Assembly (NCBI GenBank): GCA_043228905.1
Contig: JBHGNT010000010.1
Location: forward strand, 6,572,001 to 6,636,000
Direction of reading: 5' to 3'
Length of the DNA stretch: 64,000 bases
Origin: Azolla caroliniana
Lineage: Eukaryota; Plantae; Polypodiophyta
Shown here: in pieces, positions 1 through 13,048 of the stretch
Numbering within the stretch: position 1 is the stretch's first letter
How the letters are laid out: each line of letters begins with the position of its first letter
Made by a program: the position numbers and the translations under genes
The notes under the pieces: model-generated
Seen by the model: only the letters and a program-made list of their open reading frames with translations
What the model was told of the DNA's origin: nothing
The model's database searches: none

Positions 1-2572
1 TTCCGAGGTGCTCGAAATACAAGTTGATAGCCGCAATTGGTCAGAGTTTGAGGAGTGACTCCTCGAAATATATGGACTGAACGACTCGCTCTGAATGTCG
101 AAAAAGGAGCTTATGGAATGGGTCAAACTTCCTGGCAAGGGAAGAAACACAACAACACTTCTTCAAGAATTTGAGAAGTGTTTCACCCGACTCTTGGCAT
201 TAGACAAGACTGTACTCGACACGAGGAAAGTCCTGTTGTTCATAAAGGCGGTTGATGCACGTGACCAAGAGAAGGTGGATCTCCTCATGGAGACGGATGA
301 TGGGCTCACAACTGATTAGGCCGTGGTGAAAAGGGTGTGTAGATGGTTTGACTAATGGCGGAAGTGGAATGACGAAGGGTCACCAGGGGGCCAGGTTGCC
401 GAAAGTAGAATCGTGGATGCCCCCATTCAAGCCAAAGAGACAAGAGGGCGAGCTGACACAAGCCCGCCAACCCTGACAAACATGGTTGAAGGGCCGTCCA
501 GAGGGTTCGCATTGGATAAGCTTACAAAGATGGTGCGGGACCTTCAGATCGCCCAAGCTTGGAGAGACGGCGGGGTCCCCCCTCACGACTGATAGCCACC
601 ATATGTCCAAATGTGCATATGGTGCGACAACGGCAACCACATACAAAAAGACGGCTCCGACTTTGCAAAAGCTCTAAAGAATAACGTGGTGTACCTCTAG
701 AATGGCTGGGTGCATGCTAGTGAAACGCGGAGGTCCCTAGAGATGGACACTGGCTGGGGTGGCATGAAGAGGTTGATGGAAGAAGAAGAGGCACAACACG
801 TTGATGCCATCCACTACTCGGTTTCAGCTGGAATCTGGGTAGGTGGTTGGCTGGATTTTGACCGGTTGTACTTGAAGGCTTCTCCAAGAAGAGGCTAAAG
901 AGGGAAGCAATTGCTTGTGCAAAGAGGTGTATCTTGGAGGTTACCGGATGGGATGATCCAATGGAGGAGTGGACAGATATGAAATCAATCTTATGTCAAT
1001 GGACTTCTACAATAAGGGAACGTGGCTGATTAACACGAAACATGGGTGGAAGATATGAGCGGCGACCAGGGCCACAGAGGAATTGCATGGTGCATGTCTG
1101 AATGTCTGGGTCAAGGTGAGAGACGTTGAGATTTATCAACGCGTCTTCGGACAGGAGACGTTCTCTCATTCGGTTATATTGGGCGAACCATATATAATGA
1201 CAAATCATATGGAGATAAATGTGCTAGACAACGGGTTGGCATACACACAAGTGAAGAGCCATGATGGGAAACACTCTATCCAATTGAAGGTCTAGCCGAA
1301 TCATGAGAGGAACGGAGACTCCCTTGGCGACGAATGATGGGAGGATTTTTGAGGAGGGCTATTAAGGCGTGGGGCCACGATAGCCTGAGAAGACGATTGA
1401 AACCCCACCCCTATTCCACCACCTCCAAAATAGATAGAAAGTTTTGGCTCTTCGAAAATGAAGGATGTACCATAAGCGGCATAGGCGGCTGGGAGAAGTG
1501 AAGAGTCAGGAAGATCGAGGAGCATCTCAAGTCGTGCGGAGTGATAGACCTCGACGACTGTATCGGCAACGCTGTAGAGGCGGTCTCATTCGATGACAAC
1601 CTAGGAGAGTTGGAGGAGGTGTTCTGGGCGGGCCTGAGTAAAGATCAAATGATTTTGGTGAACTCCGTTGACATGTACAAAGTTGGGGGGGGGGGGGGGG
1701 GTGGGGAGATCGGACAACCGACGTTAACACCAAGTACAAGACTTTGGACCGGAGGGTGGGGCCAATCACGCCATCCTTACTGGAGGACAAGTGGGAACAA
1801 ATGAAAGGGGTTGCACCTGATCCTAGCTTACGAGACCTGTGTGACATAGGACATTGGTTCTTTGACAAGACGCTGTGTAGGTTCAAGATTGCTGGGGGTG
1901 GCCTCCTACTGCCCACGGAGGAAAAAAACTTATGGATGATGCTCGAGAGCCATGGAAAGGCTTTCGCTTTTGCGCCTAATGAGATAGGGTGCGCCGACCC
2001 GACGATTGTGGAATCAATGGTGATCTTCATGGTATCGCATGTGCCGTGGAACATCAAGTTGATTCCGGTACCGAGAGGTCACATCCCGAAGTTCATGGAG
2101 CTATTCAAGGAGAAGGCTGAGATGGGGATTCTTGAACTGTTGACTGCCCCATATTCAAATTGGTGGCTTATGGTGCCAAAGAAGAATGGCACGTTACGCT
2201 TCATAGAGGACCTACAAGCAGTCAATCAAATGACCATTCGAAATGCAGGAGTCGGACTGACCATTGACGAGTTTGCAGAAGCCTTTGCCGGAAGGTCGAT
2301 CTACTCAATTGACAACTTATACTCAGGGTACGACCAACTTCAAATAGTCGTCGAAAGTAGGGACATCACGACGATGCGAACCCCGATCGGTTTAGTTTGG
2401 ATGTGTACCTTGCCGCAAGGAGGGATGAACTCAGAGGCGCATATGGTGAATGCGATGAACAAAGTACTGCGAGATTGCATTCCGGAAATCACCATGTCGT
2501 TCCTTGATGACATCCCCATCAAAGGTTGTTTGAAAGAAGAGAAGGAAAAAACTGTTGGTGAGGGAGTCACAT
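1..2572 (+). mobile_element. Degenerate Ty3/gypsy LTR retrotransposon fragment (gag-like, protease-like, RT N-terminal half), truncated at 3' end
   Basis: Zn-knuckle-like CIWCDNGNH at ~612-640. RT motifs APYSNWWLMVPKKNGTLRFIEDL, DNLYSGYDQ, LPQG and SFLDD in ORF 1744-2577. Many stops. Joined abruptly to a Copia LTR tail at ~2573. Confidence 0.8.
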
Positions 2573-2577
2573 ACTAA
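1744..2577 (+). pseudogene. Gypsy-type reverse transcriptase, truncated after the FLDD motif
   Basis: 277-aa ORF with RT domains; ends at a deletion junction. Confidence 0.8.
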
Positions 2578-2672
2578 GTAGTTTTTTCATTCTCTGTGTT
2601 TACCTAACTATTGTCACAGTTCGGCTCAGCCGACTATGTCTATGTACAAGCTTTCACATCTTATTCTTTACA

Positions 2673-2684
2673 TGGTATCAGAGT
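2673..2684 (+). promoter_or_regulatory. Primer-binding site (tRNA-iMet) of element A
   Basis: TGGTATCAGAGT immediately after the LTR-terminal CA. Confidence 0.85.
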
Positions 2685-3863
2685 GCAAGGATTAGTAGAG
2701 AAGCTTGACAGGAGAAACTATGCATCTTGGGCATTCAAGATGCACTAGTATCTTCTCGGCCACATATATTGGAGTTATGTGGAAGGAGCGAATGATGTAG
2801 CACCGGAGCCGTCACATGGAGACTTTCCAGCCTAGGAGCAAGCCGCAAACCGAGTCTTCTATTGCTTTGCGTCTTGTGTGAGTGATCAGATGCTCGACTA
2901 CATAAAAGATGCGAAGTTGCCCAAGGATGCCTGGGGGAACCTGAAGAGGGTTTTCACCGCTAGCACCACAACCCGCAAATTGCAACTCAGGCTGGAGCCC
3001 AACAACGTCCGACAAGGAGGTATGTCGGTCACTGACTATACCACGAAGATCAAGCAGATCTGTGACTCACTTGGCTCCATCAACGTGATGGTGGACGAAG
3101 ATGAGATGGTGTAGAGCTATCTTGGAGGTTTAGCTCAAAATACGGCCTAATTTGGACAACTACTTACACGAGAGAGTAGCCCTAGTCTTTTTTCGACTTG
3201 CATCGACGAGCACGCATGCAGGCAACAAGATGTTGTACACAGAGGCAGATAGGCCCCATGGTCGTAGTGGATGCAGTGGATCAACATGCAATGGTGGCTG
3301 ATGATATGAGCAAAACCATAGACACAAAGGAGGTGCAAACCGTAGTGGACCCTCCACGAGTAAGGGGAGTCAAGGTGGTGCTAGAAGCCGACAAAACAAA
3401 GTCATCTATTGCTAGTATTGTGGTCAAAAGGGCCACAAGGAGAGCGAGTGCTGGAAGAAACAGGCTGATTCGAACAAAGCCCGATCAAGTAGAGCTGACT
3501 CCAAGAGACGACAGAGATCGCACTACACTGAGGGCTCTAAGCGAGCCAAAATAGGCCCTGCCTTTGTAATGAAGCACAAAGCCAATTCAATGAAGACGAG
3601 CACCTTGAAGCTGAACGAGGTGTAGTACGTGGATTCCGGAGCATCCAACCACATGAAGAATCACAATGAGTGGTTTTTGATTCTAGAGAAGCCAGAAACA
3701 ACCGGGGGTCGTCGAAACCGGGGATGATACTCATCCAACCGAACGTGTCAGATATGTCCCGCTGAGCCATGTTGGCTAGAAAGGAATAATGAGGAACGTC
3801 TTGCACGTCCCAATGATCACCAAGAACCTGGTGCCAGTCGGACAGATCGTTGACTAGGGAATG

Positions 3864-4118
3864 TGTGAGGAAAGAGACTATAGATCTTGAGAAGGATATG
3901 CTAAAATATATAGTATGGAAACCGAAAACATCAAAATAGATAGAACACGTAGTACACAAGATTTACGTGGAAACCCTAAAACAGGGGAAAACCATGAGAA
4001 CAGATATTCCACTATGTGAACGAAAAGTAAAGAAGAAAGAACAGGTTACAACTCTTTAATAATAAACAGAGAATACCCACTTAGGGTTCTTGGCAAGTTT
4101 CTCATAACTATGCCACCG

Positions 4119-4149
<31 letters not shown>

Positions 4150-4600
4150 TACTTTCTCACTCTCTGTTACGCTCTATACAATGCTTCGTTATGTTTTACA
4201 CACTACTAGCCCTATGTTTGCCCTAGGTGTATTTATACTCATACACAATATGGGCTATTTAAAAACATAGCTTTCATTATGATTATTATTATCAATCTTA
4301 GTTGATTAGCCGACTAATTGACTCCTATGTTGATTCTCCAGTCGGCTCGACTAGTCGACTCCCATGTCGGCTATCCATTCGAGCCGATTAGTCGACCTTC
4401 TCCTTGACCTGGAGCATCCATGATGTATTCGACTATTATAGTCGACTCTTTCTATCTCGTTCAGAGCAGTTGACAACCCTGTTGACTCGCTGGTCGATCC
4501 AACCGACCATCCAATGTTCAACTTGTCTTTGTTCAATTGTTGACTTCTCTCATAGACACCTACTGTCGACTTCTCCCAGAGGAGGGGCATATTCCTAACA
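3864..4600 (-). repeat. 3' LTR of element B
   Basis: Direct repeat of 8554-9270; (CT)n expansion at ~4119-4146. Confidence 0.95.
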
Positions 4601-4619
4601 AACTCCCCCTTCACTCCTA

Positions 4620-7600
4620 TAGGGAGGAGGGGTCATTCCAGTCTTCTGTCGACAGACTCTGTGTCTGTCCATAGGTAGGTTCTTCATGAGCATGTCAGTA
4701 TGGATCTTTACGAGGGTAAACTCTCCTTCATCCACTTTCTCTCACAACCCGTGATACCGTCTCTATATGTGTTTGGTTCGTGAGTGGTAAGCAACATTCT
4801 TGGTTAGACGTATGGCACTCTGACTGTCAGAATGGAGTAAGAATTCTCTTTGCTTCATTCCCAACTCACTCAGAAAATTTCTCATCCATATAAGCTCCTT
4901 GACAGCCTCTACCGTGGCCATATACTCTACCTCTGTGATCAACAAGGCCACAGTCTTTTGCAGTCTTGACTGTCACGACATTGTTCCCCATGCATGGGTC
5001 ATCACATAACCATATGTGGATCGGCTTGAATGTACATCCCTTGACATGTCTGAGTCAGTAAACCCTTCGAGCATAAGTTTTCTGACACCATACCTAAGGC
5101 ACACCATCGAGGTGCCTTTTCAAGTACCTGAGTATCCACTTGACTGCTACCCAGTGTTCTCTTCTTGGATTACTCATGTATCGGCTTACTATTCCCACAA
5201 CAAATGCTATGTCTGGCCTCGTACAGACCATAACATACATTAAACTGCCAATGACTGCAACATATGGTACTTTCCTCATCTCAACCTTTTCCTTCTCCCC
5301 TTTGGGGCATTACTTGGTATTCAACTTGTAGTTTGTCGGCAACATAGAATTGATTGGCTTTGCTTATGACATGTTGAATCTTTCCAAGATCTTTGTCACA
5401 TATTTTTCTTGTGACAACCATAACACTTTCTTAGTTTTGTCCTGAACTATGTGCATCCCCAAGATTTGTTTGGCCGGTCCAAGATCTTTCATGGCAAATG
5501 ATTTGCTTAGGGCTTTCTTTATGCTCACGATCTTCTTTGTATCTTGTTTGACTATAAACATGTCATCCACATATAATAGGAGAATCAAGCAGTCACCTTC
5601 ATCATACCTTTTTACAAACACACAATGATAAGCTTGTGTTTTATGGAACCCATGTTCTAGCATGAAGGATTCGAACGTCTTGTACCATTGACGTGGAGCT
5701 TGTTTCAACCATACAAGCTTTTCTTCAGTCGACACACTAGGTTCTCTTTTCCTTTGTCCACAAAGCCTTTGGACTGCTACATGTAGATTTCTTCGTCTAA
5801 CTCCCCATGCAAGAATGTTGTTTTGACATCCAATTGTTCAATCTCTAGAACCATACTAGCAGCTATGCTCAGAACAACTTGGATGGATGCCATCTTCACA
5901 ACTAGGGTGAATATCTCGTCAAACTCAACACCCTTTTTTTGTTGAAATCCCTTCACCACAATGCGGGCTTTATATTTGGGTGCGCTTTCGACTTCTCCAA
6001 TTTTCACCTTGTAGAACCATTTGTTTTGGGGTGCTCTCTTCCCTTTCAATAGCTCTACCAGATCGTAGGTGTCATTTTCATGCAAGGAGTCCATTTCTTC
6101 TTGCATTGCACTCAACCATTTCTCTTTGTGCTCATCGGCTATGGGTTCATCACAACATTCTGGCTCACCTTCATCAGTAAAGAGGACATATTGACTGGTG
6201 TATCGTGTGGGTGCTCTCCTTTCTCTGAGTGGATATCTCATGCCTCTTCATTCGGCTCGGGTTCATGCATGTCAGTCGGTTGTTGGAGTTCTGCTGACTC
6301 CGACTCATATGCCTCAATCGACTTCAGTAGATCAGCCGACTCCGACTCCGACTCATATGTGTTTGCCGGTTGCTTTGCGTCTATCGACTTGGATTTGGCT
6401 GTTCTGACTACTTGTCTTCTAACAATCGACTGTGCCGAGACGACTAGTCCTGTGTGCGGAGTCAGCCGAGAAGATGACCCCGATTGCTGCTATTTCCAGT
6501 CTTCGATTGTCTTGTCTTCCATAAACACTAAGTCTCGACTCCTCACAACCTTCTTATCGAGAAGGTCCCATAGCCTGTAGCCGAATTCATCGTCCGAATA
6601 TCCCAAGAATATGCATGGTTTCGACTTGCTGTCGAGCTTCGATCTCTGATCCTTAGCTACATACATATATACAAGGCATCCGAACACCCTCAGGTGTTGG
6701 TAGGAGACATCTTTACCTGACCACACCCTTTGTGGAACATCACCTTTTAGAGGCAATGAGGGAAACCTGTTGATCAGATAAACAACCGTGTACATCGCCT
6801 CAACCCAATATGATTTTGGCAACTTTGCATGCGACAACATGGTCCTTACTCTTTCCATGATCGTTCGATTCATCCTCTCTACAAGCCCATTCAACTCAAG
6901 GGTCTTTGGCACTGTATACTCGAGTCTTATGCCCTGGGCCTTGTAGTACTCCTCGAATTGTCCTCTGTACTCACCACCATTGTTAGTTTGGAAAACCTTC
7001 AGTTTCCAACCAGACTCTCTTTCAGCTTTGGCCTGAAAATCTTTGAAAACAGACAACAACTGATCTTTCGACTTAAGCACGAAAGCCCACAACTTTCTGC
7101 TATAGTCGTAGATGAATGTCACAAAGTATTGTCCACCGCGGTGCGCTGGAACATCCACATAGAATACATCTGTGTGGACCAGGTCTTGCACGCTCTCTCC
7201 TCCTCGGTGGTCTTGTGTGGAATGCTACTCTATTCTACTTTCTGACTAGGCAATCAACACATCTCTCCAAGTGCACTCATTTTACTTCTACAAGAAGTTT
7301 CTAGTCGGTTAGGATATGCATACCCTTTTTGCTCATATGGCCAAGCCTCTTATGCCATATCTCTCCGCTCGAGTCAACAACCACATTTGCTTTATCCTTG
7401 CACAACTTGGCTTGCATTATATACAATGTCCATTTTCCATTTCGAAAACTACCACTGTAACCTTCATCGTCCAATCTTCCAGTTGATATCAAATTTAGTA
7501 TGATATCAGGGATATGTCGAACATCCCTTGGGGTCAACCAACAACCAGTCAACATTGTTAGGCACACACTTCCTATGCCAACTATCCTGTATTCTCCATT

Positions 7601-8520
7601 ATCTCCCATCTTCACATAGCCATAATCACCGACTGTGTAAGACGAGAATCACTCGCTCAAAGGAGTTATATGGAATGATGCAATGGAGTCAACCACCCAG
7701 GTGCACTCTTCATTTGCAAGATTTGCACTTGCTTGCTTGCAAATGAACATGAGTTCCTCTTCACTTGTAGCCATGGCTGAAGTGCTCTTTTCCTCAGAAA
7801 TCTTTCTAGGTTCGACATCATTTGAGACGCCTTTGTCTCTATTAATATGTCAACAATCTTTTTGCAAGTGACCATATTTTCCACAATAAAAGTATGTTAG
7901 CTTACCTCTAGACTTGGACCTGGATGAGATTTGTCTCTCTTTTGTGGACTCCTCTATTTGCTTCTTCCTTTGCCCGAATGTTGCAATAGATTTGCATTTG
8001 ACTGGGACAGGAGACACTTGACACGAGGTTCTGAGAGTCACCACCAGGTTCTCCCAGTTGTCTGGCAGGGTACAGAACAACAACAGGGCCTCCATAGCAT
8101 CATCAACGGGGAGCTTGGTTGCCAACAATTGATTTACTAGCCCCATAAATGTGTTGATGTGCACCACTATGCTTTCTCCATCTCTGTACTTTAGCCTTAC
8201 TATCTTTCTCATCAAATATGTATTGTTGAGGGCATTCTTCCTCCCGTACAACCCTGTCAACTTTTGCCACATCTCGTACACATTAGTGTCGTTAGCCACA
8301 TGTTGAAGGACACTCACATCTATGCATTGCCTGATGGTGGCCACTGTCTTCCTCGTTTAGGAGTTTCCATTCAGGCTCTAATACCCCTGTGGGTATTTCT
8401 TCTCTGTCGATGGGCTCGTATAGATCTTTGACAATAAGAAGATCTTCCATTTTGATCTTCCAGTCAGAGTAGTTATGTGAGTTTAGAACTATCATACTTG
8501 GAAAAGCACTCACACCTCCT
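4620..8520 (-). pseudogene. Copia gag-pol of element B (frameshifted, with stops)
   Basis: ORF fragments 8292-8513, 7850-8344, 7301-7615, 6490-7191, 5777-6241, 5364-5735 and 4763-4951. Confidence 0.9.
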
Positions 8521-8553
8521 TCTATTACTGCACCTCAAGCTCTGATACCAGTT

Positions 8554-9270
8554 TGTGAGGAAAGAGACAATAGATCTTGAGAAGGATATGCTGAAATATA
8601 TAGTATGGAAACAGAAAACAACAAAATAGATAGAACACATAGTACACAAGATTTACGTGGAAACCCTAAAACTAGGGAAAACCACAGGAATAGATATTCC
8701 ACTATGTGAACGGAAACTACCGTAGAAAGAACAAGTTACAACTCTCTGATAACAAACAGAGAATACCCATTTAGGGTTCTTAGCAAGTTTCTGAGAACTG
8801 TGCTGCGGCTCTCTCTTCTTACTTTCTCACTCTCTGTTACACTCTATACAACGCTTCGTTATGTTCTACACACCACTAGCACTATGTTTGCCCTATGTGT
8901 ATTTCTACTCATACACAATACGGGCTATTTACAAACATAACTTTCATTATGAATATTATTATCAATCTTAGTTGATTAGCTGATTAATCGACTCCTATGT
9001 TAATTCTCCAGTCGGCCAGACTAGCCGGCTCCCATGTCGGCTGTCTAGTCGACCCGACTAGTCGACCTTCTCTGTGACCTGGAGCATCCATGATGTAGTC
9101 GACTATTATATTCGACTCTCTCTACCTCCTTCAGAGCAGTCGACAATCTTGTCAACTCGCTGGTCGATACGACCGACCATCCAATGTTCGGCTTGTCTCT
9201 GTTCAATTGCCGACTTCTCTCATAGACACCTACTGTCGACTTCTCCTAGAGGAGGGACATATTCCTAACA
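8554..9270 (-). repeat. 5' LTR of element B
   Basis: Direct repeat of 3864-4600, adjacent to the PBS. Confidence 0.95.
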
Positions 9271-10111
9271 GTATGGAGGTTTGGTTCACTCATCATGGGT
9301 GCTTCATTGAAGAGGAAGGCAAAATCATCGTGCAAGTGCGTCGAGAAGGGAAGATGTTTATCCTCGAGACGAATGATGTCGGCACTGCTATGTTCACCAA
9401 AGGGCAAAAGGTTGAGTCGGACATCGACCTGTGGCACAAGCGGTTTGGGCATGTTAACTTCCCAAAGCTTCAAGAGATGTAGTTGAAACAAATAGTGTCT
9501 GGCTTGTTGAAGTTCAGTGGCTGAAAGGGCAAACTATATGAATCTTGTCAACTCAAGAAGCATCACTAACTTCCTTTCCCCAATGAGTGAAATCGGAGCC
9601 GAAATAAGCTCGATTTAATCCATTCGGAGGTGTGGGGACAGATACAAAACAAGAGCATTGGTGGTAGTCGTTACTTTGTAACCTTCATCAATGACTACAC
9701 TCGACACACATTTGGGCATGCTTGATTGAGAAGAAAAGCGAAGTCTTCTTCTGTTTTTTGAAGGTGAAGAGCCTTGCCGAATGGGAGATAGGCCGAAAGA
9801 TCACGTTACTTAGGTCCAAGGATGGAAAAGAGTACTTTTTTGACCAGTTCTTGAGCTATTTGTAGAAGGAAGGAATTTGGTGCGAATTTCCTGCAGGTAT
9901 ACGTCGGAGCAGAACGACATAGCCGAAAGGATAAATCGGACAATCAAAGGATTAGCAAGGACAATACTCAAGGAGAAGAGAATGCCCAAGTTCTATTGGG
10001 CGAAAGCCGTCAGAATATTCGTGTACCTTCAGAATAAGACATTTTCCGCTGGAGGAAAAGTGTCGCCACATGAGTTGTACTTTGGGAAGAAGTTGAACTT
10101 GGCACAGTTGC

Positions 10112-10520
10112 ATTGAACGTCTACAGGCTGGTAGGTCTGTCGGCTGAAGAAGCCGATAGCTTGTTGGCCTAGGGACAAGTTGATAGGCCATTAAGGCCTA
10201 TATTCATATTCATAGTAATGGGAATAATTTAAGGAGTCAGGGTCAATAGCTCATTTATGAGCATTGAAGTACTTGTTAGTACTTCTGTCAGTCCTTTCGA
10301 GCACTTGTATAAGGAGTGCTCACTAAGCACATTTTGATGTACAGAGTGTTATTAGTTTTGAATTGATGTTGTTGTTGTTTGTTCACTCTCTTTGTATCTC
10401 TCTCTCTCTCTCACACATATAATGTTTAATTTTTTCATTCTCTGTGTTTACCTAATTATTGTCACTATTTGGCTCAACCGACTGTGTCTATGTACAAGCT
10501 TCCGCATCTTATTCTCTACA
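10112..10520 (+). repeat. LTR of Copia family A
   Basis: Last ~95 bp match 2580-2672; ends in TACA. The 5' boundary is approximate. Confidence 0.75.
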
Positions 10521-11643
10521 TGATTGACACACAAGACTCTGGACAAGCCGGACCGATCCGGCCGAACAATCTAGTGACAATCCTGTCAAAAGTGGACCCT
10601 AGAGAGAAGCTGATCGGCCAAAGCCCACAAAGCATAAAACCTCCTTAGTCCATGATCCCCATGGTCCCACCCAATCCAACCCACATGCATGGTTATCCGT
10701 GACACCGTAACCACTCGAAGCAAAGTCTGCCCAAGAACAACCCCATCCGTGCTTCACTCGGCTAGACGATATTCGAGAAGACTAGTCAGATCTGTCTCTC
10801 CTATTGTTTTAGTCATCCGAAGCATGATCAGCCTGGAAAATGACGCATAAACTATGATCGGCCTCTTAAAATCTGCAGTCGAAATAGGACTAGTCGTTAA
10901 CTATGCTCAATTAAGCTAGGTGATATTCAGGAAGACCAGTCGGCTCTATTCCTTGACTCACCACTTTGAGCAAGTTTAGTACCCAACTACCATTCCAAAA
11001 CCAATCGACTAATAAATCATTTGATTCGGGTCCAATTCGACTAGGCCGATCGGCTGTAGTCACTTCGGACCGAACGCACTTATAGTCGATACCGATTGAC
11101 TCGTGTCCAAATCCGGCTAGAACAAATTTGAGTGAGCAAGCCGCCGGTTGCACTCAACTACTATTTGTTGCCAACTCCGGGTAGGGCCTTCCAAAGCTAA
11201 TATAGAATGACATCAACATCTGACTGATCCAAGACGAGTTTAAAGAAGTGCGAAGAGTCGAACTTCAACTTTTGGGAGGAGCAAATGCAGGACTACCTGA
11301 TTGTCATAGGTCAGATAGATATGATCGAGTTTGAGAATCCACCAGAAGAGTACAAGCCGAATGAGTGGACAAAGTTAGATCAAATTGTTCTGGCCACCAT
11401 TTGGATGCACTTGTCGGAGTCAGTATACTTCACAATGCAATCGTGTTCGACTGTCATCCAACTCTGGAAGACACTCTTGGATAATCATGAAAAGAAGGTT
11501 GCCGCAACAAAGATACACTTGATCGGGCGCCTTTACAACCTTTGGACGAAAGAATCTGACTCGGTCTAGGTACACATCAACGAGTATGAAAGCCTAAGCT
11601 CCCAAAATTTGGCTCAGGGGGCGACAATAGAAGATGAACTAAA

Positions 11644-12080
11644 TGTCAAGGATAGTACTAAAGCAGAGATAATTAGTACTAAAGAAGGGAAGTACTATTA
11701 GTACTAAGAGGCCGGGACTGCGTAAGACTCTCTCTCTCTCTCTCTCTCGAGAGAAGAGAAAAGAGAGATAGCGAGGATGAGAGAGAGAGAGAGATGATGA
11801 TAACAGCTAATATATTATGTGAAGGATAAGTACAAAGTAGCTAAGAGGCTTAAGACTGGCATTGAACCAATTTGGTTCAACATAATGCCTAGTGCCTTCT
11901 TTTATAGTGTTCTCAGGAGTAATCTTAAAGCTTTTAGAATGTTCTAGAGAAATCTAGAATATACATTAATTTCCTATAATAAAACTTAAATGAAAATAAT
12001 ATCCTATGTATTACAATAGATGGTATAATGGTCAAGAGCTCGACCCATATAAAATAAGGTCATGGGTTCGAGTCTTGCCA
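11644..12080 (-). repeat. 3' LTR of element C
   Basis: Direct repeat of 21602-22080; lacks 10 bp just inside its minus-strand TG start. Confidence 0.9.
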
Positions 12081-12119
12081 CTATCTCCCCCTTAAGGTGA
12101 CGAGTGGAACGAGTCGGCG

Positions 12120-12306
12120 CTGATTGCGGATCGGGGTTGTCCGGATACATTCGATGGAACTCAGCAAGAAGATCTTGAGCATTGGCGACATGCTCGACGG
12201 GTTCCCAAGTACGTTCACTCGGACTATAGTTGAGCCAATCGACCAAATAATAAAGTTTGTTGCGAACAAATTTGGAGTCAATGATGGCAGCAACCTCATA
12301 CTCTGG
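12120..12306 (-). pseudogene. Integrase C-terminal chromodomain of element C
   Basis: PEYEVAAIIDSKFVRNKLYYLVDWLNYSPSERTWEPVEHV, a canonical chromodomain with aromatic cage residues. Confidence 0.9.
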
Positions 12307-12389
12307 GCCGATGTCTAACTCAAGCGGGGGCAATGGTGGTGTAACACGATCAGGAAGAATGTTTGCTTTATAAGGTTCAAGAAGAGAAC

Positions 12390-12791
12390 TGTAAAAAGTA
12401 ACGTGCGGAAGCAAGTATGAAGACCGAACAGAAGGAAGAAAACTCAGGTTTAATGGAGAGCTTGAGCTTACGCAGTATACGCGGGAGAGACAGAGAGAGT
12501 AAGAGAGAGAAAACACAAGAACTATATTCAACAAAAACCTCAATTCACTACTCTATACATATGTGTGTTCCATGAACACTTTTATACAAGTCCTCGATGG
12601 ACTGACCGAAGTACTGACCGTACTTTAATGCTCTTTAAGAGCTTCTACACTAACTCCCAAATATATTCCTCAAGGAATATCTTTCCTAACGGCCTCCCGG
12701 TTTACGCACTCGGCCTAACCGATCGGTCCCAACCGATTCGGTCCTCGGCTTCTTCAGCCGATCCGGCCGATGTTGAGCTTGTCTCGCAACA
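12390..12791 (-). repeat. 3' LTR of element D
   Basis: Direct repeat of 16365-16766. Confidence 0.95.
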
Positions 12792-13048
12792 CTCCCCCTC
12801 AAGCTCAACTCGAGGCTCTTTGGGATCCTCGGGTTCACAGCTCCGGTTCCTCCTGGCTTTACGCCTCGCTCGCGCTCCTCGACCTGTTCGACTCCGCGCG
12901 CTTCGACCCTTCCGGTCGGCTTGTCTGCTCATGCAGCCCTTATCAGCTCTTCTGTTGTTGTGGTGTTGACGCTTCTCCTGCTGCCTTTTCTTCCGCTTGG
13001 GCCTCGGTTGATTCAACGTATCTGAATCAAACATCCGAACCGACTCGG

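Larger units (their letters stand above)
3864..9270 (-). mobile_element. Full-length Tnt1/Tork-like Ty1/copia element B (degenerate)
   Basis: LTRs 3864-4600 and 8554-9270 with TG..CA ends. TSD GAATG/GTATG. iMet PBS 8539-8550 and PPT ~4601-4615 on minus. Gag, IN (LVHTDV, FVTF), RT (LLLYVDDM) and RNase H fragments in Copia order. Confidence 0.95.
2573..10520 (+). mobile_element. Ty1/copia element A: partial 5' LTR, gag-PR-IN remnants, no RT/RNase H, 3' LTR; interrupted by element B
   Basis: LTR tail 2573-2672 ends in TACA, followed by PBS TGGTATCAGAGT. Gag EKLDRRNYASW. The frame IVD*GM|EVWFTH rejoins across B. Integrase remnants 9590-10113. Matching LTR ~10112-10520. Confidence 0.8.

Noticed and set aside
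1685-1706. Long G run giving a polyglycine ORF or G-quadruplex
   Set aside because: Homopolymer expansion in a decayed gypsy pol; no supporting context.
9870-10120. Element A lacking RT/RNase H as a novel non-autonomous type
   Set aside because: The LTR start, PPT and TSD are not preserved and the 5' LTR is truncated, so ordinary decay explains it.
12071-12080. 10-bp shorter start of the 3' LTR of C
   Set aside because: The 5' LTR retains the bases, so this is a post-insertion deletion.
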